A DNA stretch of 64,000 bases, taken from contig JBHGAY010000015.1 of assembly GCA_041946735.1 (NCBI GenBank), positions 32,001-96,000 on the forward strand, given 5' to 3'. Within the stretch, counting starts at the first letter, position 1. Each line of letters starts with the position of its first letter. Under the pieces are notes generated by a model. That model did no database searches and had not been told where the DNA came from. It saw nothing but the letters and a program-made list of their open reading frames with translations. Shown piece after piece: positions 28,014 to 37,722 of the stretch. The stretch comes from Candidatus Eiseniibacteriota bacterium (GTDB lineage: Bacteria > Eisenbacteria > RBG-16-71-46 > CAIMUX01 > VGJL01). The translations under genes were made by a program, and so were the position numbers.

Positions 28014-29195
28014 GTGAAGCGCAACGTCGTGTCGATGCCGGGAGACGGAATCGGGAAGGTCGTCCTCCCCGAGGCGATCCGAGTCCTGGACGCGGTCGGG
28101 TTCGAAGCGAACTACATCCATGGCGATATCGGCTGGGAGTTCTGGTGCAGCGAGGGCAACGCCCTCCCGGACCGGACCATCTCGCTCCTCGAGGAGCACA
28201 AGCTCGGCCTCTTCGGCGCGATCACGTCCAAGCCCAAGGACAAGGCGGAGGCGGATCTCTCGCCAGCGTTGAAGGGGAAGGGGCACGTCTACTACAGCCC
28301 CATCGTCACGATGCGGCAGAAGTTCGATCTCGACATCTGCATCCGCCCCTGCATCGCCTTCGAAGGCAACCCGCTGAACTGGATCCGCAAGGACGGTCGC
28401 GGGAGCATCGAGGAGCCGAAGGTCGACGTCGTGATCTTCCGGCAGAACACCGAAGGGCTCTATAGCGGCATCGAGTGGACGAACCCGCCCGAGAACGTCC
28501 GCGCCGCCCTCGCGAGCCATTCGAAGTGGAAGATGTACCAAAAGGTCGCAGGACCGGATCTCGCCGTGTCGACGCGCGTCATCACGCGCCCAGCCGCCGA
28601 AAGGATCTGCCGCAACGCGTTCGAGTACGCGAAGAAGTTCGGCTACAAGTCGGTGACGATCTGTGAGAAGCCGAACGTCCTTCGTGAAACCTCCGGGATG
28701 ATGGAGTCCGTGGCGAAGCAGGTGGCGAAGGACTTTCCGGGCATCCCTCTCTGGTCGGTGAACATCGACGCGCTCATGATGTGGCTCACGAAGAACCCCG
28801 AGGCGTACGGGGTGATCGTGGCGAGCAACATGTTCGGCGACATCATCAGCGACGGCTTCGCGGGATTGGTCGGCGGGCTCGGGTTCGCATGCAGCGGCAA
28901 CATCGGCCGCAATTGCGCGGTCTTCGAACCGACCCACGGGTCCGCGCCGAAGTACGAGAAGCTTGATCCTTCGATCGTCAATCCGATCGCGATGATCCTT
29001 TCCGCGGTGATGATGCTCGAGCACGTCGGGGAGACCGCGAAGGCTTCGCGGATCAAGAGCGCGATCGCCGCAGTGATCCGCGAGGGGAAAGTCCGTACAT
29101 ACGACATGATGCGGCTCACGGGCGGCCCCGACGTGTTCGGGAAGGGCGCCGTGACCACGCAGCAGATGACCGACGCAATCCTGGCACATCTCTAG
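28014..29195 (+). CDS. Isocitrate/isopropylmalate dehydrogenase family protein
   Basis: MPGDGIG, RQNTEGLY, KPNV, NMFGDIISD, FEPTHGSAPKY, NPIAMILS; GGAGG RBS. Confidence 0.92.
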   Translation: MKRNVVSMPGDGIGKVVLPEAIRVLDAVGFEANYIHGDIGWEFWCSEGNALPDRTISLLEEHKLGLFGAITSKPKDKAEADLSPALKGKGHVYYSPIVTMRQKFDLDICIRPCIAFEGNPLNWIRKDGRGSIEEPKVDVVIFRQNTEGLYSGIEWTNPPENVRAALASHSKWKMYQKVAGPDLAVSTRVITRPAAERICRNAFEYAKKFGYKSVTICEKPNVLRETSGMMESVAKQVAKDFPGIPLWSVNIDALMMWLTKNPEAYGVIVASNMFGDIISDGFAGLVGGLGFACSGNIGRNCAVFEPTHGSAPKYEKLDPSIVNPIAMILSAVMMLEHVGETAKASRIKSAIAAVIREGKVRTYDMMRLTGGPDVFGKGAVTTQQMTDAILAHL

Positions 29196-29270
29196 TCCAT
29201 CGACCGTCTGTCGATCGATCGTCTATTGATCGTCCATCGATCGTCGTCCGTCGTCGTCGGGTCGTCGACC
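29196..29270. repeat. Low-complexity TCG/GATC-rich tract
   Basis: tccatcgaccgtctgtcgatcgatcgtctattgatcgtccatcgatcgtcgtccgtcgtcgtcgggtcgtcgacc. Confidence 0.55.
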
Positions 29271-29307
29271 GGCCGCTCTCCTCGGCCGGCAATGGGGGAG
29301 GTGGAGG

Positions 29308-30525
29308 ATGCCACACGCTGCCGAGGCGGGGCGCCGCGGAGCGGACGTTCGCTCGGACTGCTGGATCTCGATCACGCCCGAGTCCTCGGGCGGCGCGCGT
29401 CTCTCGATCCGGAGCAAGGTCGCTGCGATGTACGGAGGCGCAATCCAGGAGCAGATCGCGTCAGGGCTCGCGGAGCTTTCCATCCGTGACGCGACGGTCG
29501 AGGTCGAGGATGCCGGCGCGCTCCCGTGGGTCATCGCCGCTCGTCTGGAAGCGGCCGCCCGGCGCGCCTACGGGCCAGCGCTTGCCGGGCGCCTGCTCCC
29601 TCCCGCGAGTCCCGGGGCGAGCGCGACGACGGAGCGGGAGCGCTTCCGGCGCTCGCGCCTCTACCTACCCGGCAACGAACCGAAGTTCATGGTCAACGCC
29701 GGCCTGCACGGCGCCGACGGCATCATCCTCGATCTCGAGGACTCGGTAGCGCCGGCCGAGAAGGACGCGGCGCGGCTCCTCGTCCGCAACGCGCTCCGGT
29801 CGGTCGACTTCGGCGCGTGCGAGCGGATGGTCCGGATCAACCAGCTGCCGATGGGCTTCGACGATCTCGAGGCGGTGATCCCGGAGAACGTCCACGTCGT
29901 CCTGATCCCGAAGTGCGAGTCGGCGCAGCACGTGCACGACGTGGAGGCGAAGATCCGGAGCCTCCGCCGCTCCGACGATCCGCAGGTCTTCCTGATGCCG
30001 ATCCTCGAGACGGCGCTCGGAGTCTTGAACGCCTTCGAAATCGCGACGGCGAGCCGGGCGATCGTGGCACTGACGATCGGACTGGAGGACTACACGGCGG
30101 ACATCGGGACCGCGCGCACCGAGCAGGGAGCGGAGTCGCTGTGGGCACGCTCGATGGTGATCAACGCCGCGCGCGCGGCCGGCGTCGCCCCGATCGACAG
30201 CGTCTACTCGGACGTGATGAACACCGAGGGGCTGCGGGCGAGCGTCCTCGAGGCGAAGGCGCTCGGGTTCGAGGGGAAGGGCTGCATCCATCCCGGGCAG
30301 ATCCGCGTGATCCACGAGGGGTTTGCCCCTACCGCGGCCGAGATCGAGCGGGCGACGAAGATCGTTCGCGCGTTCGAGGATGCCGAGGCGAAGGGGCTCG
30401 GGGTGGTGTCGCTCGGAAGCAAGATGATCGACGCCCCGGTCGTGAAGAGGGCGAACCGGACGGTTCGCCTCGCGATCCGCTCGGGGAAGCTCGCGGAGGG
30501 CTGGAGGGACGCGCAGCAGGCGTGA
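29308..30525 (+). CDS. citE: Citrate lyase ACP (CitD)-citryl-CoA lyase (CitE) fusion
   Basis: N-term SKVAAMYG, EDAGALPWVIAARLEAA (CitD-like); RRSRLYLPGN, LDLEDSV, LIPK, GLEDY, GKGCIHP, MIDAPV (CitE). Confidence 0.9.
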   Translation: MPHAAEAGRRGADVRSDCWISITPESSGGARLSIRSKVAAMYGGAIQEQIASGLAELSIRDATVEVEDAGALPWVIAARLEAAARRAYGPALAGRLLPPASPGASATTERERFRRSRLYLPGNEPKFMVNAGLHGADGIILDLEDSVAPAEKDAARLLVRNALRSVDFGACERMVRINQLPMGFDDLEAVIPENVHVVLIPKCESAQHVHDVEAKIRSLRRSDDPQVFLMPILETALGVLNAFEIATASRAIVALTIGLEDYTADIGTARTEQGAESLWARSMVINAARAAGVAPIDSVYSDVMNTEGLRASVLEAKALGFEGKGCIHPGQIRVIHEGFAPTAAEIERATKIVRAFEDAEAKGLGVVSLGSKMIDAPVVKRANRTVRLAIRSGKLAEGWRDAQQA

Positions 30526-30583
30526 ATCGGCTCGCGGCCGGCTGCCCGCAGGGGGGGAGGGGCCGGAGGGGGAGAGGGAAGCG

Positions 30584-32143
30584 ATGGCGCAGAAGCTGGT
30601 CAAGAATGCGGTAGGTCGGGAAGTCCCGGTCGAGATCAACGGAGAGCCTGCGGTCGCCTACCAGGGGGTCGGGAAAGACCGGCCGTCCGGACGGCGCGCG
30701 GCGCCGCCGATCGCCACCTGCGCGGACTATCCGGCCGACGGGAACAAGATCGTGCCCGATCTGCGCGCGGCGCTCGAGAAGGCCGGGCTGCGCGACGGGA
30801 TGACGATTTCGACGCACCACCACTTCCGCAACGGCGACCTGGTCGGGAACCGCGTGTTCGACATCGCGGCCGAGATGGGCGTGAAAGACCTGCGGTGGTT
30901 CCCGAGCGCCTCGTTCCCTTGCCACGCGCCGATGATCCGGCATCTCGAGAGCGGCGTGATCCATCACATCGAGGGGTCGATGAACGGTCCGCTCGGCGAC
31001 TACACCTCGCAGGGGAAGATGCGCGGCATGGCGGTGCTCCGCTCGCACGGCGGCCGCTATCAGGCGATCCAGGACGGCGAGGTCCATGTCGACATCGCCG
31101 TCATCGCGGCGCCGGAGGCCGACCCGTTCGGCAACGCGAACGGCCTCCATGGCCCATCAGCCTGCGGCGGCCTCGGGTTTGCCGTTGCCGACGCGGAGTA
31201 CGCCGATCGCGTCGTGGTCGTCACCGACAACCTGGTCCCGTTCCCGTGCGTGCCGTGGCAGATCAGCGGCAACCGCGTCGACTCGGTCGTCGTCGTCGAC
31301 CGGATCGGCGACCCGGCGCAGATCGTCTCCGGGACGACGCAGATCACCCGCAGCCCGGACCGGCTGCTGATCGCCGAGATGGTCGCCCGCTTCCTGGACG
31401 CGTCCGGGATTCTGCGCGATGGCTTCTCCTTCCAGGCAGGGGCCGGCGGGACGGCACTCGCCTTCGCGATCTACCTAAAGGAGATGATGAAGGAGCGGGG
31501 GATCCGGGCCCGCTTCATCCGGGGAGGCTCGACGAAGTACCTGGTCGAGATGCTCGAGGAGGGGTTGACCGATTACATCCTCGACGGGCAGACCTTCGAC
31601 CTCTTCGGCGTGCGCTCGATGGGGACGAACCCGCGCCACGTGAACACGACGCCGTTCACCTCCTACAACTATCACGGCAAGGGGAACTTCGCCTCGATGG
31701 TCGACGCGGTCGTGCTCGGAGCGACGGAAGTGGACGTCCACTTCCACGCGAACGTCGTCACCCACTCCGATGGCCGCCTGCTCCACGGAATCGGTGGATG
31801 GCAGAACTGCCTGTTCTCCGGATGCACGATCCTCGCGCTCCCTTCGTTCCGCGATCGCATCCCGGTGATCCTCGATTCCGTGACCACGTTGTGCGGCCCC
31901 GGCGAGCTGATCGACGTGATCGTCACGGAGCGCGGGATCGCGATCAATCCGCGCCGGACCGACCTGCTCGATGCCGTCCGTGGAAGCGATCTCCCGATCC
32001 GCATGATCGAGGAGATCCAGGCGGACGTCGACCGGATCTGCGGCGGGCGCCCGACGAAGGCGAGGATGGGGGAGAAGGTCGTCGCGGCGATCAAGTGGGT
32101 CGACGGGACGGTGATCGACTCGGTGAGGCAGGTGCTCGCGTAG
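30584..32143 (+). CDS. citF: Citrate lyase alpha subunit / citrate CoA-transferase
   Basis: GLRDGMTISTHHHFRNGD, RSHGGR, FSFQAGAGG, VTERGIAINPRR, DGTVIDSVRQV. Confidence 0.93.
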   Translation: MAQKLVKNAVGREVPVEINGEPAVAYQGVGKDRPSGRRAAPPIATCADYPADGNKIVPDLRAALEKAGLRDGMTISTHHHFRNGDLVGNRVFDIAAEMGVKDLRWFPSASFPCHAPMIRHLESGVIHHIEGSMNGPLGDYTSQGKMRGMAVLRSHGGRYQAIQDGEVHVDIAVIAAPEADPFGNANGLHGPSACGGLGFAVADAEYADRVVVVTDNLVPFPCVPWQISGNRVDSVVVVDRIGDPAQIVSGTTQITRSPDRLLIAEMVARFLDASGILRDGFSFQAGAGGTALAFAIYLKEMMKERGIRARFIRGGSTKYLVEMLEEGLTDYILDGQTFDLFGVRSMGTNPRHVNTTPFTSYNYHGKGNFASMVDAVVLGATEVDVHFHANVVTHSDGRLLHGIGGWQNCLFSGCTILALPSFRDRIPVILDSVTTLCGPGELIDVIVTERGIAINPRRTDLLDAVRGSDLPIRMIEEIQADVDRICGGRPTKARMGEKVVAAIKWVDGTVIDSVRQVLA

Positions 32144-32181
32144 CCGCGCCGCGCCGCACCGGGACGCGGGAGGAGCGCCAG

Positions 32182-33222
32182 ATGCCTGGCCGTCCGGGAT
32201 TCCGGTTTCCGCTCGCAGCCTTGGCGTGCGCTGCCTGCCTCCTTGCCTGTGTTCCCGGCCCGCCGGCTGCGCGCGCCGATTCGACGATCGAGCTGCGCCG
32301 CTCTCCCCTCGTCGACCTCGAGTCCTACCTGCGGGCGCTGGCCGGCGAAGGCGACTCGCTTCTCCCGTCCGATCTGCCGGGGATCGCGCCGGCCGTCGAG
32401 CGGGTCCGGGCGCTGGATCGCGCGCTCGGCAGCCCTCTCGCCTGGGGCGCGCTCGAAGGCAACCTCGTCGGGGTCGAGACGGCGGCCGAGGCGCGCGAGC
32501 GGTTCACGAGCCTTCCCGAGAGCGCGATGGTCGCTCCCGGCCGCAAGCTCGCGATCCGGGCAGAGGCGCTTGCGCTCGCGGATCACCTTGCGGCGCTCGA
32601 GCCGGCGTTCCTCGTCTCCGTCTGGCCCGAGCATCAGGTCGCGATCGATCGCGCCTGCCTGCAGATCGAGCGGGACCTGCTGCCGCGGCAGCAGGAGTGC
32701 TTCGCGCGGATCGAGGCCGACCTCGGACTTACGCCATCCCCCGAGCCGATACCGGTCTATCTGGTCGCGCGGTCTCCCTGGCCGCACGGCGTCACGCACC
32801 GGACCCATCAGGGTGGGGGTGTCTGCTGGATCGGCGCCGACGGCGACTCGGGAGGACTCCTGATCGAGACGATCCTGCACGAAGCGACCCACGCCCTCGA
32901 CGTTCGTTCGCGCGAAGGCGTCCTCGCCGAGCTGCGCGCGAGGCTCGCCGCCTCGCCCCTGCAGGGCAGCCCTTCGCGGCAGCGGGACATTGCGCACACG
33001 CTGATCTTCGTGGAGGCAGCCGAGACGGTGCGCCGCGTGCTCGACCCGCAGCACATCGATTATGGAGAGGCCTCGGGCTACTATGCGCGCGTCGGGCGGG
33101 TGGCCGAAGTCGAAAGGACGATCTGGCGTCAGCACCTCGATGGACGCGTGAGCCGCGAGCAGGCGATCGCGGCGATCGTCGACAGCCTTGCGCCGGCGCT
33201 CGCCTCTCCTGTGGGGCAGTGA
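32182..33222 (+). CDS. Secreted hypothetical protein with HExxH motif
   Basis: Signal peptide; ETILHEATH; GGAGGAG RBS. Confidence 0.7.
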   Translation: MPGRPGFRFPLAALACAACLLACVPGPPAARADSTIELRRSPLVDLESYLRALAGEGDSLLPSDLPGIAPAVERVRALDRALGSPLAWGALEGNLVGVETAAEARERFTSLPESAMVAPGRKLAIRAEALALADHLAALEPAFLVSVWPEHQVAIDRACLQIERDLLPRQQECFARIEADLGLTPSPEPIPVYLVARSPWPHGVTHRTHQGGGVCWIGADGDSGGLLIETILHEATHALDVRSREGVLAELRARLAASPLQGSPSRQRDIAHTLIFVEAAETVRRVLDPQHIDYGEASGYYARVGRVAEVERTIWRQHLDGRVSREQAIAAIVDSLAPALASPVGQ

Positions 33223-33339
33223 GTGGGGCAGTGAGTGCGAAACAGCCCGACGAAGCAGAGCGAGAGGCTCCCGGCGCCGTCAGCGCCAGGAGCCTCTCAC
33301 TCTCAGTCGGCAGGTCGGACGAAGCGGATCACGCCTCGG

Positions 33340-34572
33340 CTACATCTTCTCGGCGTGCTCCCCTTGCGCCTGCGCCTGCGGTTGGGCCGGACCCTTGCCT
33401 TCGAGCAGGTAGGCGATCTCCGCGTCGAGCGTCTCCTCGCCTCCCTCGGCGAAGCCGAGATGGCGGAAGATCACCCGCCCGTCGCGATCGATGACGAGGT
33501 TGTACGGCACGCCCTCGAGCGAGTAGAGGTCGTGCATCTTCTTGTCGACATCGAGAACGATCGGGAAGGTCGCGCCCACCTTCTGCACGAACTCCCTTGC
33601 GAGCTGCGGGCGGTTGGTGGTCTCCACCGAGAGGATCGTGAAGTCGTCGCCGCCGCGCCGCGCGTAGATCTGCTGCAGGTGTGGATACTCCACACGGCAG
33701 GCGCCTCAGGTCGGATGCCAGAAGTTCAGCAGCACGACCTTCCCGCGAAGCGATGAGAGCGACAACGGCGTGCCGTCGGCGAGGGTCGGAAGGGTGAAGT
33801 CCGGGGCTTCGAATGCGTTCGCAGCGCGCGTCGCTTGGATCGAAGCATCGACATCCGCCATTGATTCGCCCTTCTCCGCGACGATCTTCTCCAGATTCTG
33901 CCGGAGCTTCGGGCTCTCCTGATGCCCGAGCAATGCGACGTAGATCTCGCGCGCCTCGTCGTCCCGTCCGGCCGCATCGAGGATCAGCGCGGCGTGCTCC
34001 TCGATCTCGTCGATCGGCTGGCCGTAGATCTTGCGCGCCTCGAGAATCGGTTCGGCCGCCGCCGCGGCGTCTCCCTTCTTGTAGAGAGCCCATGCATAAC
34101 TGTCGAGCACCGAGGCGATGCCGTTGGAGTCCCCCTCCGCCCGCGCCTTCGCGACCCCCTTCTCGAGGATCGGAACCGCGAGGTCGAGATGCTGCTCGCG
34201 CTCGGCGAGATCCCAGCCGACCGAGTTGTAGGGCGCGGCCGAAGGGAAGTCAGTCTTCAGGAACTGCTGCAAGGTAGATTGCACCGACTCGGGTCGATGC
34301 TCCAGCTCGAGGGGGACGAGTCGCGCATACGCCTCCGCCGCCTGCTCGCTGTGAGGATGCTCCTTCAGAAACTGCTCGAGCGCCGCCATCCTGGCCGATT
34401 CGTCTTCGAGGCCGGCCGCTTGTGCGTATACCGCGCTGTCGGCAGCCGCACTGCCCGTTCCGCCCGCCGTTCGGTTCTCCCCGGAGCAACCGGCGAAGAG
34501 CGGGACAGCGAGCAGAGTCGTGAGCGCGGCCCCGACGATCCATCTCCATTGTTCGACACGCGTCATTTCCAC
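33340..34572 (-). CDS. Lipoprotein TPR + TlpA-like thioredoxin, probable selenoprotein (in-frame UGA at 33706-33708)
   Basis: ORFs 33706-34572 and 33340-33693 are in frame; junction APDFTL...LRGKVVLLNFWHPT-U-GACRVEYPHL; later GVPYNLVIDRDG; LFAGC lipobox. Confidence 0.88.
33673..33700 (-). promoter_or_regulatory. Candidate bacterial SECIS element
   Basis: mRNA CUGC-C-GUGUGGA-GUA-UCCACAC-CU-GCAG; G-starting loop 17 nt 3' of the UGA. Confidence 0.7.
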
Positions 34573-34945
34573 CTCTCGTTTTGTTGCCTTCGACAGCGTC
34601 CCGTAGCAGGTCCCGACGCCACCGGCCGGCCGTTACGAACCTGGCATTCTAGCCGCTTCCTCGCGCTCCCGTCATCCGATCCTTCCGCGAATCGGCCGAG
34701 ACGGATGACTCGGACGTTCCTGCTCTCCGGTCTTTGAACCGGGTTCGCGGTTGCCGGGAGGAGTTTCTTCCCGGGTGGGTGAAATCGTATCGCTCCCGCG
34801 CGCGCTTCGCGGTCGCGTGACGCTGCCAGGGAAAGAGACACGTGCCACAGACCGGCAAGAAGAGCGCCAGACCTTCTCGGGAAGGCCTGGCGCGAGGTTG
34901 CTCGAGTGTTGGAAGGAGGGTGGGTGGGGGTCAGTGAACTCCTTG

Positions 34946-35323
34946 TCAGTTGTTCTGCGCTTTCTCGGCCTTCTCCTGGCACTTCAGACAGAAGCGGGCG
35001 TAGGGCAGCACTTCCAGGCGCCGTTCGGCGATCGGCTTGCCGCACCATTCGCACAGCCCGTAGATTCCCTCGTCGATGCGTCGGATCGCTTCCTCGATCT
35101 CGTTCAGCAGGCGGCCTTGCGCGTCGACCATCAAGTAATCGGACTCACGGTCGGCCTCTTCGGTCGCGGCCTCCGCCATATGACTCGCGAAGGCGCCGCC
35201 CTCCTCGAGGTACGCCTGGGAACGCTCCGTCGCCGACTTCTTCATCTGACCCAGGAGACGTCCTCTCTGTCCCAGCTCGTCCAGCAACCGCTGGCGGATA
35301 CGCAAGGTGGTGTTGGCGTCCAT
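34946..35323 (-). CDS. DksA/TraR family C4 zinc-finger protein
   Basis: IEEAIRRIDEGIYGLCEWCGKPIAERRLEVLPYARFCLKC; GAGGAGG RBS. Confidence 0.92.
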   Translation of the reverse strand: MDANTTLRIRQRLLDELGQRGRLLGQMKKSATERSQAYLEEGGAFASHMAEAATEEADRESDYLMVDAQGRLLNEIEEAIRRIDEGIYGLCEWCGKPIAERRLEVLPYARFCLKCQEKAEKAQNN

Positions 35324-35637
35324 CGTTCTATCCTCCTCGCCCGGGCGACACCGGCGCGTTTGCTTCGGCCTCTCGGTGGCGGGTCTTCCTGGCCCGGCAC
35401 CCGTCGCCGGCCGGCCATTTTCTTTCGAAGTCCGTGTATGTACCTTCATTCGCTTCACAAGGTCCCGGGATTTTCCCCTTCCTTCTGCAAGATGGGGGCC
35501 AGGATGGCGCGGGGCCGCGAGCGGTAGCGGTGTGCTGCCCCATCCGGGTATCTTGGTGCCGGATCGACGGATCGGAGAGGACCGCGGCGGGATGACGATT
35601 GCATGAAGGTCCCACAGGTACAGGGCGGGAGGGTCGA

Positions 35638-36042
35638 ATGTACACAGTCACACGGAAGCACTCCTTTTCCTACGGCCACCGCCTGCGCGAACACCCGGGC
35701 AACTGCTCGCGCTTGCACGGGCACAATGGTGTCCTCTTCGTCACGGTCGGCTCCGACGCGCTCGACGGCGGCGGGATGGTCGTCGACTTCCACGAGATCA
35801 AGCGAACGGTCGCGCGATGGGTCGACGACACGCTCGACCATCGCCTCGTACTGCAGCGTGGCGATCCGGCGGCTGCTCTTCTCCAGGAGGCTGGCGAGGA
35901 GATCCGGGTGGTCGACTTCGAACCCACCGCGGAGAACCTGGCCCGTCACGTCTACGAGGCTCTGACGGCGCTCGGCCTGCCGGTCCGCGAGATCGTGTTC
36001 GAGGAGACGGAGAACTGCCGCGCCTGCTACCGCCCGGGCTGA
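35638..36042 (+). CDS. queD: 6-carboxy-5,6,7,8-tetrahydropterin synthase
   Basis: FSYGHRL, CSRLHGHN, GMVVDF, LDH, PTAENLA, ETEN. Confidence 0.9.
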   Translation: MYTVTRKHSFSYGHRLREHPGNCSRLHGHNGVLFVTVGSDALDGGGMVVDFHEIKRTVARWVDDTLDHRLVLQRGDPAAALLQEAGEEIRVVDFEPTAENLARHVYEALTALGLPVREIVFEETENCRACYRPG

Positions 36043-37517
36043 GCCGACCCGGCCGCGGCCGGCGGAGGTGCGGCGCGCAAGGCGGGGATGCGGGAGGCGA
36101 ACCAACCGGCGCCGACCAGGCAAGCGATGCCGCCGAGCCGGACCGACCAGGGCGCGCCGAAGTGCTGCGCGACGAACCCCGCGAGGAACGAGCCGATCGG
36201 AGCGACGCCGACCAGCGTGAAGCTGTAGATGCTCAGCACCCGCCCGCGGATGGCGTCGGGACTGACCCGCTGCAGGTAAGTGTTGGTCGTGGCGAGCTGC
36301 GTGATCATCGCGCCGCCGGTCAAGACCAGGATCACCAGACTGAGCGCGAAGACCCGGGAGAAGGAGAGCAGGATCAGGCTCGTCCCGAACAGGCCGAGGC
36401 CGATCGTGATCAGCCGGGCCGACCCGCGCGTGCTGCTGCGCGCCGCGAGGCGCAGGGCGCTCGTCACCGCTCCCACTCCGAAGGCGCCCATCAGCAGCCC
36501 ATAGCCTCTCGCACCCTGGTGGAGGATCTCGTCTGCGAAGACCGGAAGCAGGATGGTGAACGACATTCCGAAGATGCTGCTGATCGCGACGGCGAGGAGA
36601 ACGGCGCGGACGCGGACCGTCCGCAAGACGAACGAGAATCCCTCGCTCAGCTCGTGAAGGACGGGCCGGTGGGGACGTGCCCGCGGCTTCTCGAGCCGCA
36701 TAGCGAGCAGGCCCGCGATCACGGGGAGGAAGGAAAGGCCGTTGACCAGGAAGCAGACCGCCTCGCCGGTCGCCGCGATCACGAGCCCCGCGACTGCGGG
36801 CCCGACCACGCGGGCGGCGTTGAAGACCGAGGAGTTGAGAGCGATGGCGTTGAAGAGGTCGTCCTCCCCGACCATCTCGATCACGAACGCTTGGCGGGCT
36901 GGCATGTCGAAGGCATTGACGATCCCCAGGCAGAAGGCGATGACCGCGACGTGATAGACGGTCACCACATCGGAGAAGGTGAGAGCTGAAAGGACGAGCG
37001 CCAGCGTCATCGCGGAGAACTGCGTGGCGACGAGCAGCCGGCGTTTCGGCACCCGGTCCGCGACGACCCCAGCCAAGAACGAGAAGAGGAAGACCGGCAG
37101 GAACGCGGCGGCGCCGACGATTCCTAGCCAGATCGGCTCGCTCGTCAGGCGATGGACGAGCCACCACTGGGCGGCCCCCTGCATCCATGTGCCGATCAGG
37201 GAAATGAGCTGCCCGAACCAGAAGAGGCGGAAATTGCGGTGGCGGAGCGCCCGGAACGTCGCGCGTGCGCCGGCCAGGAGCGGGCGCGGCGGCTCGGGCG
37301 TCGGAGCCGGAGCGGAAATCGGATTCGCCGGCGCGACCGCCGGCATGCGGACCGACCGTGAGACGTCGGCAGCCGAGTGCGAAGACGGCGACGGCGACGG
37401 TGATGGCGATGGCGAGGGTGACTGCAACGGTGACGGGGAGGGTGATGGCGACGGCGAGGTGCGGCCCGGCGCTTCGTTCCGTTCCCCGCCCCGCTGTCCC
37501 TTCCCGCCGTCCACCAT
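36027..37517 (-). CDS. MFS transporter with Ser/Pro-repeat N-terminal extension
   Basis: FRALRHRNFRLFWFGQLISLIGTWMQ, FDMPARQAF, NAIALNS; about 12 TM segments; start uncertain (37541/37517 or further downstream). Confidence 0.88.
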   Translation of the reverse strand: MVDGGKGQRGGERNEAPGRTSPSPSPSPSPLQSPSPSPSPSPSPSSHSAADVSRSVRMPAVAPANPISAPAPTPEPPRPLLAGARATFRALRHRNFRLFWFGQLISLIGTWMQGAAQWWLVHRLTSEPIWLGIVGAAAFLPVFLFSFLAGVVADRVPKRRLLVATQFSAMTLALVLSALTFSDVVTVYHVAVIAFCLGIVNAFDMPARQAFVIEMVGEDDLFNAIALNSSVFNAARVVGPAVAGLVIAATGEAVCFLVNGLSFLPVIAGLLAMRLEKPRARPHRPVLHELSEGFSFVLRTVRVRAVLLAVAISSIFGMSFTILLPVFADEILHQGARGYGLLMGAFGVGAVTSALRLAARSSTRGSARLITIGLGLFGTSLILLSFSRVFALSLVILVLTGGAMITQLATTNTYLQRVSPDAIRGRVLSIYSFTLVGVAPIGSFLAGFVAQHFGAPWSVRLGGIACLVGAGWFASRIPALRAAPPPAAAGSAQPGR

Positions 37518-37722
37518 GTTGTCCGCCGCCTCCCCACGCATGATGGGTGCATTGTAGCGGCATGGCCGGCGTCGATGGAGCGGCGAAGCAGTCGGATCCT
37601 GGGGCGGAGGAGGCGGATCCGCAGGCGGATCTGCTGGGGCGCCGGCGCAGGTGGGGAGAGGCGAGCGACGGCTCCGGGAAGGGGGTATGCTCGCCGCGGC
37701 GAGCACGAGGGAGGAAGGGAAC

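Noticed and set aside
33340..34572. Pseudogene or two separate genes interpretation
   Set aside because: The stop falls precisely at the redox Cys position and is followed by a SECIS-like hairpin; recoding is more parsimonious
36027..36042. Convergent 16-bp overlap of queD and the MFS gene
   Set aside because: Short 3' overlaps are common; no further signal
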